A stretch of 64,000 nucleotides of DNA, from the NCBI GenBank assembly GCA_963668315.1, contig OY764216.1, positions 64,001 to 128,000 on the forward strand. Reading direction: 5' to 3'. The notes under the pieces were generated by a model that was not told where the DNA came from, did not search any database, and worked only from the letters and a program-made list of their open reading frames with translations. A program made the position numbers and the translations under genes. Positions 48,858 through 57,745 of this stretch are shown here, piece by piece; positions within the stretch are counted from its first letter, which is position 1, and every line of letters begins with the position of its first letter. This DNA comes from Spirochaetia bacterium (GTDB lineage: Bacteria; Spirochaetota; Spirochaetia; DSM-2461).

Positions 48858-49027
48858 ATAATATGTCAAGACACCCCTGATTATTTTTACGAGAAGGGAG
48901 TCCCTGACTGAGTTCCTTCCTGCGCTCAATAACGACGCAGGATATCGGGTTTCTTCGATTCAGGACTATTTTTTATCTCCATGATTTTTATTTGCATCCC
49001 TCAGATAATAAGGTATAATAAACTACC

Positions 49028-50725
49028 ATGATTTTATCCGCAAAAAGGATCATCCCTCTTTTGTTTCTCCTTTCCATCTACCGGCTCTCAGGGGAATCTC
49101 TGCCTGTCCAGGGTAGTATCCGGCTGGATAATGGAGATCTTTCTCACGGGGTATACTTAGGGGGAGAGTGGATTTTTGAAAATGACCGGGGAGAACGGTC
49201 CATCCAGAGTGTCCCGGATCTATGGAATGAAAGATACGACACATTTAAGGGGAAAGGGGCTTATGAACTTAATCTGTTCGTCCCCAGAGGTGAAATGGTC
49301 GCCCTCTATTTTCCCCAGCTGAATATGAATATCCGCGTGCTCCTTAATGGAGAAGTATTATATAAAACCCGGATTCCCGGGCGTACCCCCCACGGATATA
49401 TTCCGGGATCGGCCGTCTTTAAAAGTGCCGGGAATAATCTGATCCGCATTGAGCTGGACAACTATTTCTTCCGGCGGGGAGGTCTTTTCCGTGCCTTGCG
49501 GGTAGGATCTCCCGAGGTAATCTATAGCTACAGGGCCCGGATTCTCATCTTCCAGGTCTTTCTCTCGGGAATTATGTTCTTTCTCTTTCTCTATAGCCTT
49601 TATATTTTTTTCCATAAATACACCGACCTTTCCGCATTTTATCTGGGGCTGGCTTCTCTTGGCTTTGTCCTGCGTGGGATGATCACCGGAGAAATGCCCC
49701 TCTCACTTCTCATTCCCATCCTGCCCTGGTCCCTGTTTTATAGACTGGAATATATTCTTATCTATTCGGGCGCCCTCTTTGTGGCCCTTTTTCTCCGCCG
49801 GATGTTCCCGCCTTCGAAGAAAAAGATATGTCGTTTTTTTTCACTTATTATCATTGTCGGGGTGATATCCATTGTCGCCACGTTATTTATCCCCCTTTTC
49901 TGGGTAAGCCATTCGGTATACTGGGTCCAGACCTACGGCCTTATCGTGTTCATCTACGGTCTCGTTTTCATCGCCCGGCACATGATAGAAAATGACAGGG
50001 AAGCCTTGATTATCTTCATCGGGGGATTTTTCTTTCTATCCCTGACGGTCTTGGATATCCTTAATACCCACGGGGCCCATTTCTTCCCCGACTTAACCCA
50101 GGCGGGAATGGTTTTCTTTCTCCTGTCCCAATTCCTGGTCCTGACCAGAAGATTCGGGGAATCCTACTTAAAAGCGGAAAAGCTGTCCCGTGAACTGGAG
50201 AAGGAAGTGGCCCTTCAAACAGAGGAACTGGTAAAACTTTCCCGCACCGATCCCCTTACGGGCCTCCTCAACCGCCGACGTTTTTGGGAACTGGGGGAAA
50301 GGGAAGGAGAAATCCACAGGCGATACGGTAATCCCCTGACACTGATGATGCTGGATCTTGACAATTTCAAAGATATTAATGACCTCCATGGTCATGCTGT
50401 GGGAGACTGTGTTCTGGTTTTCATGTCCCGCCTGTGCCAGGAGCTGATCCGTACTTCCGATATACTGGGAAGGCTGGGCGGAGAGGAGTTTGCCCTGATC
50501 CTAAGGGAAACGGGTCTGGAAGAGGCCCAAACCATTGCGGAGAGAATACGCTGGGAACTGGAGACGAGGTCCTCTCATTACAGGGAGGAGATTCCCCCCG
50601 TTACCGTCAGCATAGGCCTGGTTGAGTATGGGGAAGACGAGACCCTCGCTCAGGCTTTGGACCGGGCGGATAAACAGCTTTACCGGGCCAAGAGAGACGG
50701 GCGGAATCGTGTGGCCGTGGGCTGA
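49028..50725 (+). CDS. 7TM-DISM-like diguanylate cyclase
   Basis: Signal peptide, L.GEW.F/VP..WN sugar-binding-like domain, 7 TM, RTSD I-site, GGEEF. Confidence 0.9.
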   Translation: MILSAKRIIPLLFLLSIYRLSGESLPVQGSIRLDNGDLSHGVYLGGEWIFENDRGERSIQSVPDLWNERYDTFKGKGAYELNLFVPRGEMVALYFPQLNMNIRVLLNGEVLYKTRIPGRTPHGYIPGSAVFKSAGNNLIRIELDNYFFRRGGLFRALRVGSPEVIYSYRARILIFQVFLSGIMFFLFLYSLYIFFHKYTDLSAFYLGLASLGFVLRGMITGEMPLSLLIPILPWSLFYRLEYILIYSGALFVALFLRRMFPPSKKKICRFFSLIIIVGVISIVATLFIPLFWVSHSVYWVQTYGLIVFIYGLVFIARHMIENDREALIIFIGGFFFLSLTVLDILNTHGAHFFPDLTQAGMVFFLLSQFLVLTRRFGESYLKAEKLSRELEKEVALQTEELVKLSRTDPLTGLLNRRRFWELGEREGEIHRRYGNPLTLMMLDLDNFKDINDLHGHAVGDCVLVFMSRLCQELIRTSDILGRLGGEEFALILRETGLEEAQTIAERIRWELETRSSHYREEIPPVTVSIGLVEYGEDETLAQALDRADKQLYRAKRDGRNRVAVG

Positions 50726-50912
50726 TTTTACTCCCATGCAATACAACCCTTGACACATGGTCAAGTTTCATCTACCGTCCTTTACGTCAAAGGAATAATC
50801 CGTCCGACATAATCTGCACAAGGGCAGACATATATTTATCTCGACGGGGCAGGAGGTGAATATTGTTATGCGTCTCTTCCATGGATAAGGGAAGAGCTGA
50901 CAATAGATCCAT

Positions 50913-51539
50913 ATGGTTAGAACGGTCAGGTTGATTTTCGGGCTTTTTTTATATGCCCTCGGCATTACCCTTAGTATACAGGCGAACATAGGGCTGTCTC
51001 CCTGGGCCGCCTTTAGCATGGGGGTCTCCTATCTTGCTCATATTTCCTATGGCAATGTGGTCGTCATTTCCGGGTTTGCTATTATTGCCATTGATTTCGC
51101 GCTGAAAGAGAAAATTAGGTTCGGAACCATTCTCAACGCCTTATTGATAGGAAAGTTTGTAGATTTGATCCAGTTTTCCGAAGTGATACCTCAAATGACC
51201 AACTTCTGGTATGGCACCATCACTATCCTTTTAGGGCAGGTAGTCATCTGCCTGGGAAGCTATTTCTATATCGGCGCTTCCCTCGGCTGCGGCCCACGGG
51301 ATGCGCTTATGGTTGCCCTGGGAAAACGGATGCCCCGCATGCCCATAGGAGCCATAAGGGGTTTGATAGAAGGCACGGTCCTCTTTATTGGATGGCTGCT
51401 AGGGGCGATAGTCGGCATAGGCACGGTAATATCCGTATTCGGGATTGGATTTATTCTGCAATTCACTTTCAAATTGCTGCGTTTTGATGTAAAGAATATC
51501 AAACACGAGAGTCTGAGTGATACTGTCAGGGCAATGTAA
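50913..51539 (+). CDS. YczE/YitT family membrane protein
   Basis: A.IGLSPW, GT..NA...G, G.GPRD.LM, G..VGIGT. Confidence 0.88.
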   Translation: MVRTVRLIFGLFLYALGITLSIQANIGLSPWAAFSMGVSYLAHISYGNVVVISGFAIIAIDFALKEKIRFGTILNALLIGKFVDLIQFSEVIPQMTNFWYGTITILLGQVVICLGSYFYIGASLGCGPRDALMVALGKRMPRMPIGAIRGLIEGTVLFIGWLLGAIVGIGTVISVFGIGFILQFTFKLLRFDVKNIKHESLSDTVRAM

Positions 51540-51586
51540 TTATACCAATTCAGTGTAAAAACATCCCCCACCCTATACGGACAATG

Positions 51587-52096
51587 TCAGTAAACAATCG
51601 GAAAAAACATATAATTTTTTCTGCTGCCGTCGGCTCCGCTATCAGGCGGGAAGTGGAAGCATTCTCCACCTCTTATAATGTAGCAGTCATAATACCTCGG
51701 CCCGGGATTATCATAGCAGAAGAACTGAAAAAGAGTATCATTGAACTACCAGGTTTTCTGTCCAAGGATTCTTGGTTCGGGACCATTATTGCCATAGGGA
51801 AGTTCAAAACGGCCGACTAGCTGACTTTGGAAATTGGTGGAGTAACAGCTAATAAGGAGGACCGCATGGGAATTGCTCATTGTCGTCCCCCATGTGCCGT
51901 CCGGGACCGGTGGACTCAGCCTGTCCATTGCGCGTATCCATAAGATAGAACTGGGGGTTGTTATATTCATCCCTCTCTTCAATCATAAGATACTTATTAA
52001 AGTATTGACCGATCACTTGCCTTTTCATATCGGAGTAATCATAAAAGGAACCGGTAACCGACCGATTCTCAGTATAAAAGCTAACCCGCCGCTATG
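51587..52096 (-). pseudogene. Decayed gene fragment abutting the IS left end
   Basis: Protein-like segments (RVSFYTEN...QFYLMDTRNG; ...GRFELPYG...KTW*FNDTLFQFF...FFPIVY*) joined by a frameshift and an in-frame TAG. Confidence 0.45.
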
Positions 52097-53402
52097 GATA
52101 GTGTACAATAGTGTCTGTAAATTGATAAAGAAGGGGGCTTGAAAAAGTTAGCCAATCAGTCTTCGATTAGTTCGACGAAAAACAAAAGAAGGCATCATGA
52201 CTAACGAGGATTACTATAGCGTTTTCGATCAAATGATTGAAGACCTTCAGGCAGAGAATAGAGAAGGATTAACAAAAGTCATAAGTTCAATAATGAATTT
52301 ATCTATGCGGTTAGAGCAGGAGAAGGCAATTCAAGCCAGTCATTATGAACGGAACGATGATCGTATTGGGCATAGGAATGGGTACAAGAGCAGAAAGATC
52401 CGGACTCGAGTCGGCGAAATTCCCATCGAGATCCCACAGGTCCGTGGGATGGAATTCTATCCTGGCAGCATTGAAAAGGGGTGCCGCAGCGAAAGAACCC
52501 TGAAAATGGCCATAGCTCAGATGTACATCCAAGGCGTATCAACTCGCAGAGTGACCAAAATAGTAGAACAGCTCTGCGGCTTCGAAGTTTCCCAATCGCA
52601 GGTTTCAGAAGCGGCAGCTCTCCTTGATGAAGAGATCACCAAATGGCGTAATCGTCCACTGGGAGCTTTTCCTTATCTTGTCGTTGACGCCACTTATGAG
52701 AAGGCTCGAGTGAATAGAACTGTTGTTTCTGCAGCCGTTCTAATTGCCTATGGTGTTGATAATAATGGGAATGGGATGAGACGAGTATTGGGTATTTCTA
52801 CAGAACTCAGTGAGGCCGATGTACACTGGAGAGGTTTTCTTTCCGGTCTGGTAGATCGGGGGCTCCATGGCGTGAAGATGATAACTTCCGATGCTCATAG
52901 CGGCCTGAGATCAGCAATAGAATCGGTTTTTCCAACAGTTCCCTGGCAGCGGTGCCAGTTCCATCTGCAACAGAATGCGGGACATCATGTGCCAAAGAAA
53001 AGTATGGATAAAGAGGTCGCGGAGGATATAAGAACCATTTTTAACGCTCCCAATGGAGAGGAGGCTAACCGTTTTCTTTCTATGGCGGTGAAGAAGTATG
53101 AGAAAACTGCGCCAGAACTAAGCAGTTGGATGGATCAGAATGTTCCTGAAGCGCTCACGATCTTTAAAATGCCAAAGTCACATTGGAGAAGGTTAAGGAC
53201 TTCAAATCTGGCAGAACGTCAGATGAGGGAAATTAAAAGAAGAACGAAGGTGGCCATGATATTTCCAAATAAGGAATCTGTCGATAGATTGGTTTCCGCT
53301 CTGTCAATGGAAATAGATGAACAATGGTTCACAGGTAAGCGGTATTTAAATATGGAGACTGATTAACTTTTTTGATTTTACAGACAAAGGGGTTGCTCTA
53401 TC
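52097..53402 (+). mobile_element. IS256-family insertion sequence (about 1.3 kb)
   Basis: Imperfect terminal IRs GATAG-N10-TGTCTGTAAA (left) and GATAG-N11-TGTCTGTAAA (right, reverse complement) flank the transposase; no target duplication seen. Confidence 0.88.
52197..53366 (+). CDS. IS256 family transposase
   Basis: RNGY, GVSTR.V, VDA.Y.K, SDAH.GL, WQRCQFH, RTSN..ER...EIKRR. Confidence 0.97.
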   Translation: MTNEDYYSVFDQMIEDLQAENREGLTKVISSIMNLSMRLEQEKAIQASHYERNDDRIGHRNGYKSRKIRTRVGEIPIEIPQVRGMEFYPGSIEKGCRSERTLKMAIAQMYIQGVSTRRVTKIVEQLCGFEVSQSQVSEAAALLDEEITKWRNRPLGAFPYLVVDATYEKARVNRTVVSAAVLIAYGVDNNGNGMRRVLGISTELSEADVHWRGFLSGLVDRGLHGVKMITSDAHSGLRSAIESVFPTVPWQRCQFHLQQNAGHHVPKKSMDKEVAEDIRTIFNAPNGEEANRFLSMAVKKYEKTAPELSSWMDQNVPEALTIFKMPKSHWRRLRTSNLAERQMREIKRRTKVAMIFPNKESVDRLVSALSMEIDEQWFTGKRYLNMETD

Positions 53403-53598
53403 TAACATCCGCATCTGTCATTTTACCGGGAATAACAAACCGGGATGCAATGACTGATCCAAAGGAAGGAACAATATCAACTATATTCTCTTCCGTACCA
53501 CTGTCTCCGTCATCATCTCCCGTGCTTTCGGGTTGAGGGCAACTGTAAAATAACAACGTTATGAATATAAAAGCCACACAAATAGTTAATCTTTTCAT
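53398..53598 (-). pseudogene. Lipoprotein truncated by IS256
   Basis: SD AGGAG, signal peptide ...LFYS|C; its stop codon TAG lies inside the IS right end. Confidence 0.75.
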
Positions 53599-53827
53599 TT
53601 GTATCTCCTATTGCCCAATCATCGTATGAAAAGGACATAAAAAATATGGGAAAAATTCCCATTGGAAAGAATCAACTTTACACTATAATTATACCTGAAT
53701 TGATAATTCAGGAGAGATTTTAGCGGGAAGCAGATGAAATCGAAACGTTTCTTAATGAACGCTCTTATGATGATAAAATATAGATAAAAAGAGAGCTTTT
53801 CCAAATGATTTTTCAAGAGGTTTTAAA

Positions 53828-54661
53828 ATGAAGAAAATGGTTATAGTTTTTATTTCGGCTGTTATGGTGTTCGTAGGGTGTGATACAGGTTCTGTTGATA
53901 CAGCCGATGTCATATCTGATTGCAGTTTCACTCTTGAGTCTGTCGGTACTGACAGTGTTACAGCTGTTACAAGAGGCGTTGCTTCAGATAACGGTATTAA
54001 AATTGCCTTTCGGTCTTCTGATATCGAGTTCTGGTCAACGTCTGGTGATTATTCCAATCTTGTTTCTGCAAAGTATGGGATTGAGGGAAATGTATCGAGA
54101 GAAGTAACTCTTTCTGATACTAGTAACAATGTCATTTTTATGCCTAATAGTGCAAAGTTTACTGACTATGAAATGCCTGAGTTTGAGAAAAAGAGATACG
54201 ATATTGCAAGACTTGATATTGGATCAGGGAGAATTGAATATTCCAAAAATGTAAGTGATCTTACCGACGGTGATATTTTTCTCGAAGATGATCTTGATGG
54301 TAATAGCATTATACTGATTGATGAAAATAAGCTTAATCATATTGTCTATGTTCCGAGATCAGCCGATGATGATTATTTTGAATCTAAGATTAGTAATAAT
54401 GATGATGAAGATTTTGTATCTGCTCTTAAGCTTGTTTATGATTTCCGTGCAAATAATCCTGATATTGATATGGATGGAGCACTGTTCGTTCCTTTCCAGG
54501 CAGTAGATTTTACTAAAAATGCTAAAAAGCTTAAGATCAGTGTTAACTGGGACATGTCTTCCATTTTTGAAATTTACAATGAAGAGATGGGAGAGTATGT
54601 ACTTAACGGAGATGCCGATGGTACACCTTACGACTTTGATATTGACGTTGAAGTAAAATAA
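53828..54661 (+). CDS. Acidic lipoprotein of unknown function
   Basis: MKK...VFVG|C lipobox; AT-rich; C-terminal motif shared with the lipoprotein at 6268-7968. Confidence 0.82.
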   Translation: MKKMVIVFISAVMVFVGCDTGSVDTADVISDCSFTLESVGTDSVTAVTRGVASDNGIKIAFRSSDIEFWSTSGDYSNLVSAKYGIEGNVSREVTLSDTSNNVIFMPNSAKFTDYEMPEFEKKRYDIARLDIGSGRIEYSKNVSDLTDGDIFLEDDLDGNSIILIDENKLNHIVYVPRSADDDYFESKISNNDDEDFVSALKLVYDFRANNPDIDMDGALFVPFQAVDFTKNAKKLKISVNWDMSSIFEIYNEEMGEYVLNGDADGTPYDFDIDVEVK

Positions 54662-54752
54662 ACTTTTAAGACTATGGGGAAAACATACTCCCGACTTCTG
54701 CGGATTAAGCACTACGGTTATTGATTTGTCAATCCTTAAATGTAACTGTTAT

Positions 54753-55364
54753 TCAGAGGATGACGATTCCCAGCCTGATAGCTTCCTTAATCAGTTCAGC
54801 CATATTGGATATTTCCATTTTTCTCATGATCTTATCCCGGTGGTTATTGACGGTTTTTGAACTGATTCCCAGTTTATAGGCAATCTCTTTGTAACCAAGC
54901 CCCTTTGCCAGCATGGCGAAGATCTGCTGCTCCCGGGAGGAAAGGCTTTCGTATTTCGAGTCGATGTTTATACAGTTCCTGTCCAGCTCCTCTTTGAGGG
55001 AAGAAGAAAGCCAGAAATTTTTCCTGAGTGGATTATTTACAGCTTCCAGGAGCCGTTCAAGTGGTTCATCCTTAAGAAAATACCCCCTGGCCCCCTCCTG
55101 CACGGCTTTTTGAACATAATAGGATGATTTATGCATGGAGAGGATAAAAACCGTTGTTGTTCTCGGAAGGTGGGGCAAGAGGGAAAAGCCGCTCTCTCCC
55201 CCGAGGGAAATATCCACAATGGCAATATCAAAAGTCCTGCGATTCAACAGAGTTAATGCTTCGTCAATCGTAGAGGCGTATTCCAGCAGGCTACCGTGGG
55301 CAAAGTTGCTTTTCAGGCCTTCGTGAATCAGTTTATGGTCGTCAACAATCAGTATACTTTTCAT
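54753..55364 (-). CDS. NarL/LuxR family response regulator
   Basis: IVDDH, VDISL, LSMH, LS.RE..I...LAKG..YKEIA..L.IS.KTV.NHR. Confidence 0.95.
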   Translation of the reverse strand: MKSILIVDDHKLIHEGLKSNFAHGSLLEYASTIDEALTLLNRRTFDIAIVDISLGGESGFSLLPHLPRTTTVFILSMHKSSYYVQKAVQEGARGYFLKDEPLERLLEAVNNPLRKNFWLSSSLKEELDRNCINIDSKYESLSSREQQIFAMLAKGLGYKEIAYKLGISSKTVNNHRDKIMRKMEISNMAELIKEAIRLGIVIL

Positions 55365-56485
55365 TCTTCCAGCGAAATCTCCACGACAATTTCCGTTCCC
55401 CTTTGCCCATTGTCCACAATGGAGAACCTTCCCTTCATAATACCGATTCTCTGCCGGATGCCGGAAAGCCCCAGCCCCTGCTTAAAATTGTCCATGCCTA
55501 TCCCGTCATCTTTATACCTGATGAGAAGTACAGGATGGGAGCAGGTTAAGTTTAGATGAACGATTCCCGCATTCGAATGCTTCCAGCTGTTTGTTAATAA
55601 TTCCTGTATGATTCTATAAATATGGAGCTGTTGCTGAGGATCAGGGTTCATAGCGGAAAGTCCATGATGGGTAACCTGAAGCTCGATATCGGAAATCGAT
55701 CGATAGTCGGAATAAAGGTAATTCAATGCTTCCGGTAGGGATGAGTCGATCAGATCAGGAGTCCTGAGTTCCTGTGAAAGGGAGCGGACTCTTTGGATGA
55801 CATCATCGGTATATTTCGATGCCAGTTCATATTCGCCGGACCGGTGCGGAGAGTTCAGGATACCCTTGATCACCGTCAATTTTTGGGCCACATCATCATG
55901 CAGCTCCAGAGAAATCATATTCTTCTCTTCTTCCAGAAGATTAACCAGCTTCCTGTCCATCTCCCGGGCATACTTTTCATTCATATACTTTCGGGTGCTG
56001 TCATACTCGGAAATCCCAATGATAATCAGCAAAATGAGACTCATTCCCACGAAGGAAGAGAAGAGGATTTTGAGGGATCTGTTCTGCGTCCTCTCATAGT
56101 CCGCCGTCCACGAAATGATATCTTTGAGAGCCGCAAACCGCGTTTCATAGTCCTCACCGCCGATTTCCCGGTTAACGGACAGTATCTGCCCGGGACTGCC
56201 ATCGTTTGCGGGGAGATTCATAAGGGAAGATTCCTGTATCAAAGAATCAATATCCCCGAAAACTTTCTCCCTTTCCGACGGATCGCTGAATGCCTGGCCA
56301 AGACGGATTATCTGGAAAGAAAGCTGCTCTTCCCATGTCCGTATTTCATCGGAAGAGGTGAACAGTATTTTTCCAATAAGAATCATCAGGAGAAGAAAAA
56401 AGAGATAGCCTCCTATCATAGATATCCTGGAGGAAGAGAAACGGAGGGGATATTTATTCTCATTTATCTCGTTTTCTGTTATCAT
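55361..56485 (-). CDS. Sensor histidine kinase (HisKA_3)
   Basis: Two TMs, ELHDDVAQ, RIIQE.LTN..KH, DDGIG, GLGL; ATGA coupling to the regulator. Confidence 0.92.
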   Translation of the reverse strand: MITENEINENKYPLRFSSSRISMIGGYLFFLLLMILIGKILFTSSDEIRTWEEQLSFQIIRLGQAFSDPSEREKVFGDIDSLIQESSLMNLPANDGSPGQILSVNREIGGEDYETRFAALKDIISWTADYERTQNRSLKILFSSFVGMSLILLIIIGISEYDSTRKYMNEKYAREMDRKLVNLLEEEKNMISLELHDDVAQKLTVIKGILNSPHRSGEYELASKYTDDVIQRVRSLSQELRTPDLIDSSLPEALNYLYSDYRSISDIELQVTHHGLSAMNPDPQQQLHIYRIIQELLTNSWKHSNAGIVHLNLTCSHPVLLIRYKDDGIGMDNFKQGLGLSGIRQRIGIMKGRFSIVDNGQRGTEIVVEISLEE

Positions 56486-56491
56486 ACGATG

Positions 56492-57091
56492 ATGGTACTA
56501 TACTATAAAATCAGTAAAAAATATCGAGTCCCGTCAGTAATTCTGATTACGATTCTGTCCGGCGCGCTCAATGGTTTTATAGGCTATACCAATCAGCTTT
56601 GGGAGTTTCCCTTTTTCTTTGATTCCACATTCACCATCCTGGTTGCCGGTCTTATCGGTCTCTGGCCGGGTCTATTGGTAGGTGTTTTATCCAATTTTTT
56701 CTTCGAACTCTTTGCCGGATTTCCCGGATATATTTTCCCTTTCACAATTGTCAATATCATTACGGCGTCGGCTACCTATTTCCTCGTTCGGAAACAGTTT
56801 ATAAAAACGGCTCCGGGACTTTTGTGGATGATCATCATTATTGCCCTGCTGAATGCTCTTTTCGGGGCTATTATTGTATCTTATGTTTTCGGAGGGATAA
56901 CAAATCAACCGGTAGATTCCGTGGTTAAGGCCATCGTAGTAACGGGACAGTCTCTTTTCACCTCTGCCTTTCTGGGAAGGATTCTGGTTAATGTGGTGGA
57001 TAAGGGAGTGGGGATTCTTATTCTCTTCCTGATTCATCGTCGACTGTCCCGGGAAAACGGTCAGAAACTATACAATTCTCAATATAAATAA
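56492..57091 (+). CDS. ECF transporter S-component-like membrane protein
   Basis: PFFFDS..TI.VA.L.G.WPG..VG.LSN and N.VDK motifs, about 6 TM; start ATG 56492 (or 56489). Confidence 0.78.
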   Translation: MVLYYKISKKYRVPSVILITILSGALNGFIGYTNQLWEFPFFFDSTFTILVAGLIGLWPGLLVGVLSNFFFELFAGFPGYIFPFTIVNIITASATYFLVRKQFIKTAPGLLWMIIIIALLNALFGAIIVSYVFGGITNQPVDSVVKAIVVTGQSLFTSAFLGRILVNVVDKGVGILILFLIHRRLSRENGQKLYNSQYK

Positions 57092-57191
57092 TAGGAAAAC
57101 GCACATTCCGAAAAAAATCCCCCTCCCTATAGTCAAACACTAACCGGACGCTTCCGGGCCATCCCCGCGAGGCGCCAAAGAGAGGTACGAT

Positions 57192-57581
57192 ATGCAGGCA
57201 TTGAATTCAATTATTCTGGAAGGAAATCTGGTAAGAAAACCCGATGCGAAACTTACGTCAAAGGGAACGCCCGTATGCAATTTTACAGTGGCGTCCAACC
57301 GCTACTATCGCCTTGACGGCTCGGAGGAATCAAAGGAGGAGGTTTCCTTTTTTGATGTGGAAACCTGGTCCAAACAGGCTGAAATCTGCGAAAAGCATCT
57401 TGACCGGGGACGGGGTGTCCGTGTCGTGGGACGGCTGAAGCAGGATCGCTGGACAGATAAGGACGGTAATAACCAGTCCCGTGTGAAAATCGTAGCCGAG
57501 CATATAGAATTCAGACCCCGCACAAAAAACCAGAGCAATGAATCCGTTGAGGAAATCAAAGAGGAAGAAACCACATTCTAA
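57192..57581 (+). CDS. ssb: Single-stranded DNA-binding protein
   Basis: LNSIILEGNL, F.VA.NR, FFDVETW, V.GRL.QDRW, acidic tail ending in F. Confidence 0.95.
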   Translation: MQALNSIILEGNLVRKPDAKLTSKGTPVCNFTVASNRYYRLDGSEESKEEVSFFDVETWSKQAEICEKHLDRGRGVRVVGRLKQDRWTDKDGNNQSRVKIVAEHIEFRPRTKNQSNESVEEIKEEETTF

Positions 57582-57601
57582 CTCTGTATTTTATCCCTTT
57601 C

Positions 57602-57639
57602 GGACACCCGGCCTCCCCTCCTATACGCCGGGTGTCCTT
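57602..57639 (+). terminator. Hairpin after ssb
   Basis: GGACACCCGGC...GCCGGGTGTCC; weak T tract. Confidence 0.55.
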
Positions 57640-57745
57640 CCTCCGGCCTTCTGTAATCCCCTCTTAATCCCCTCCTCCCCTTACTTTTTTTCTGGAAAAG
57701 AAAAATCTGTCTGACAAATTGCTTTTATGCAGTTATAATAACGGT

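Noticed and set aside
51746..51748. In-frame TAG as a pyrrolysine/readthrough site
   Set aside because: The same fragment also has a frameshift and abuts an IS; decay is the simpler explanation.
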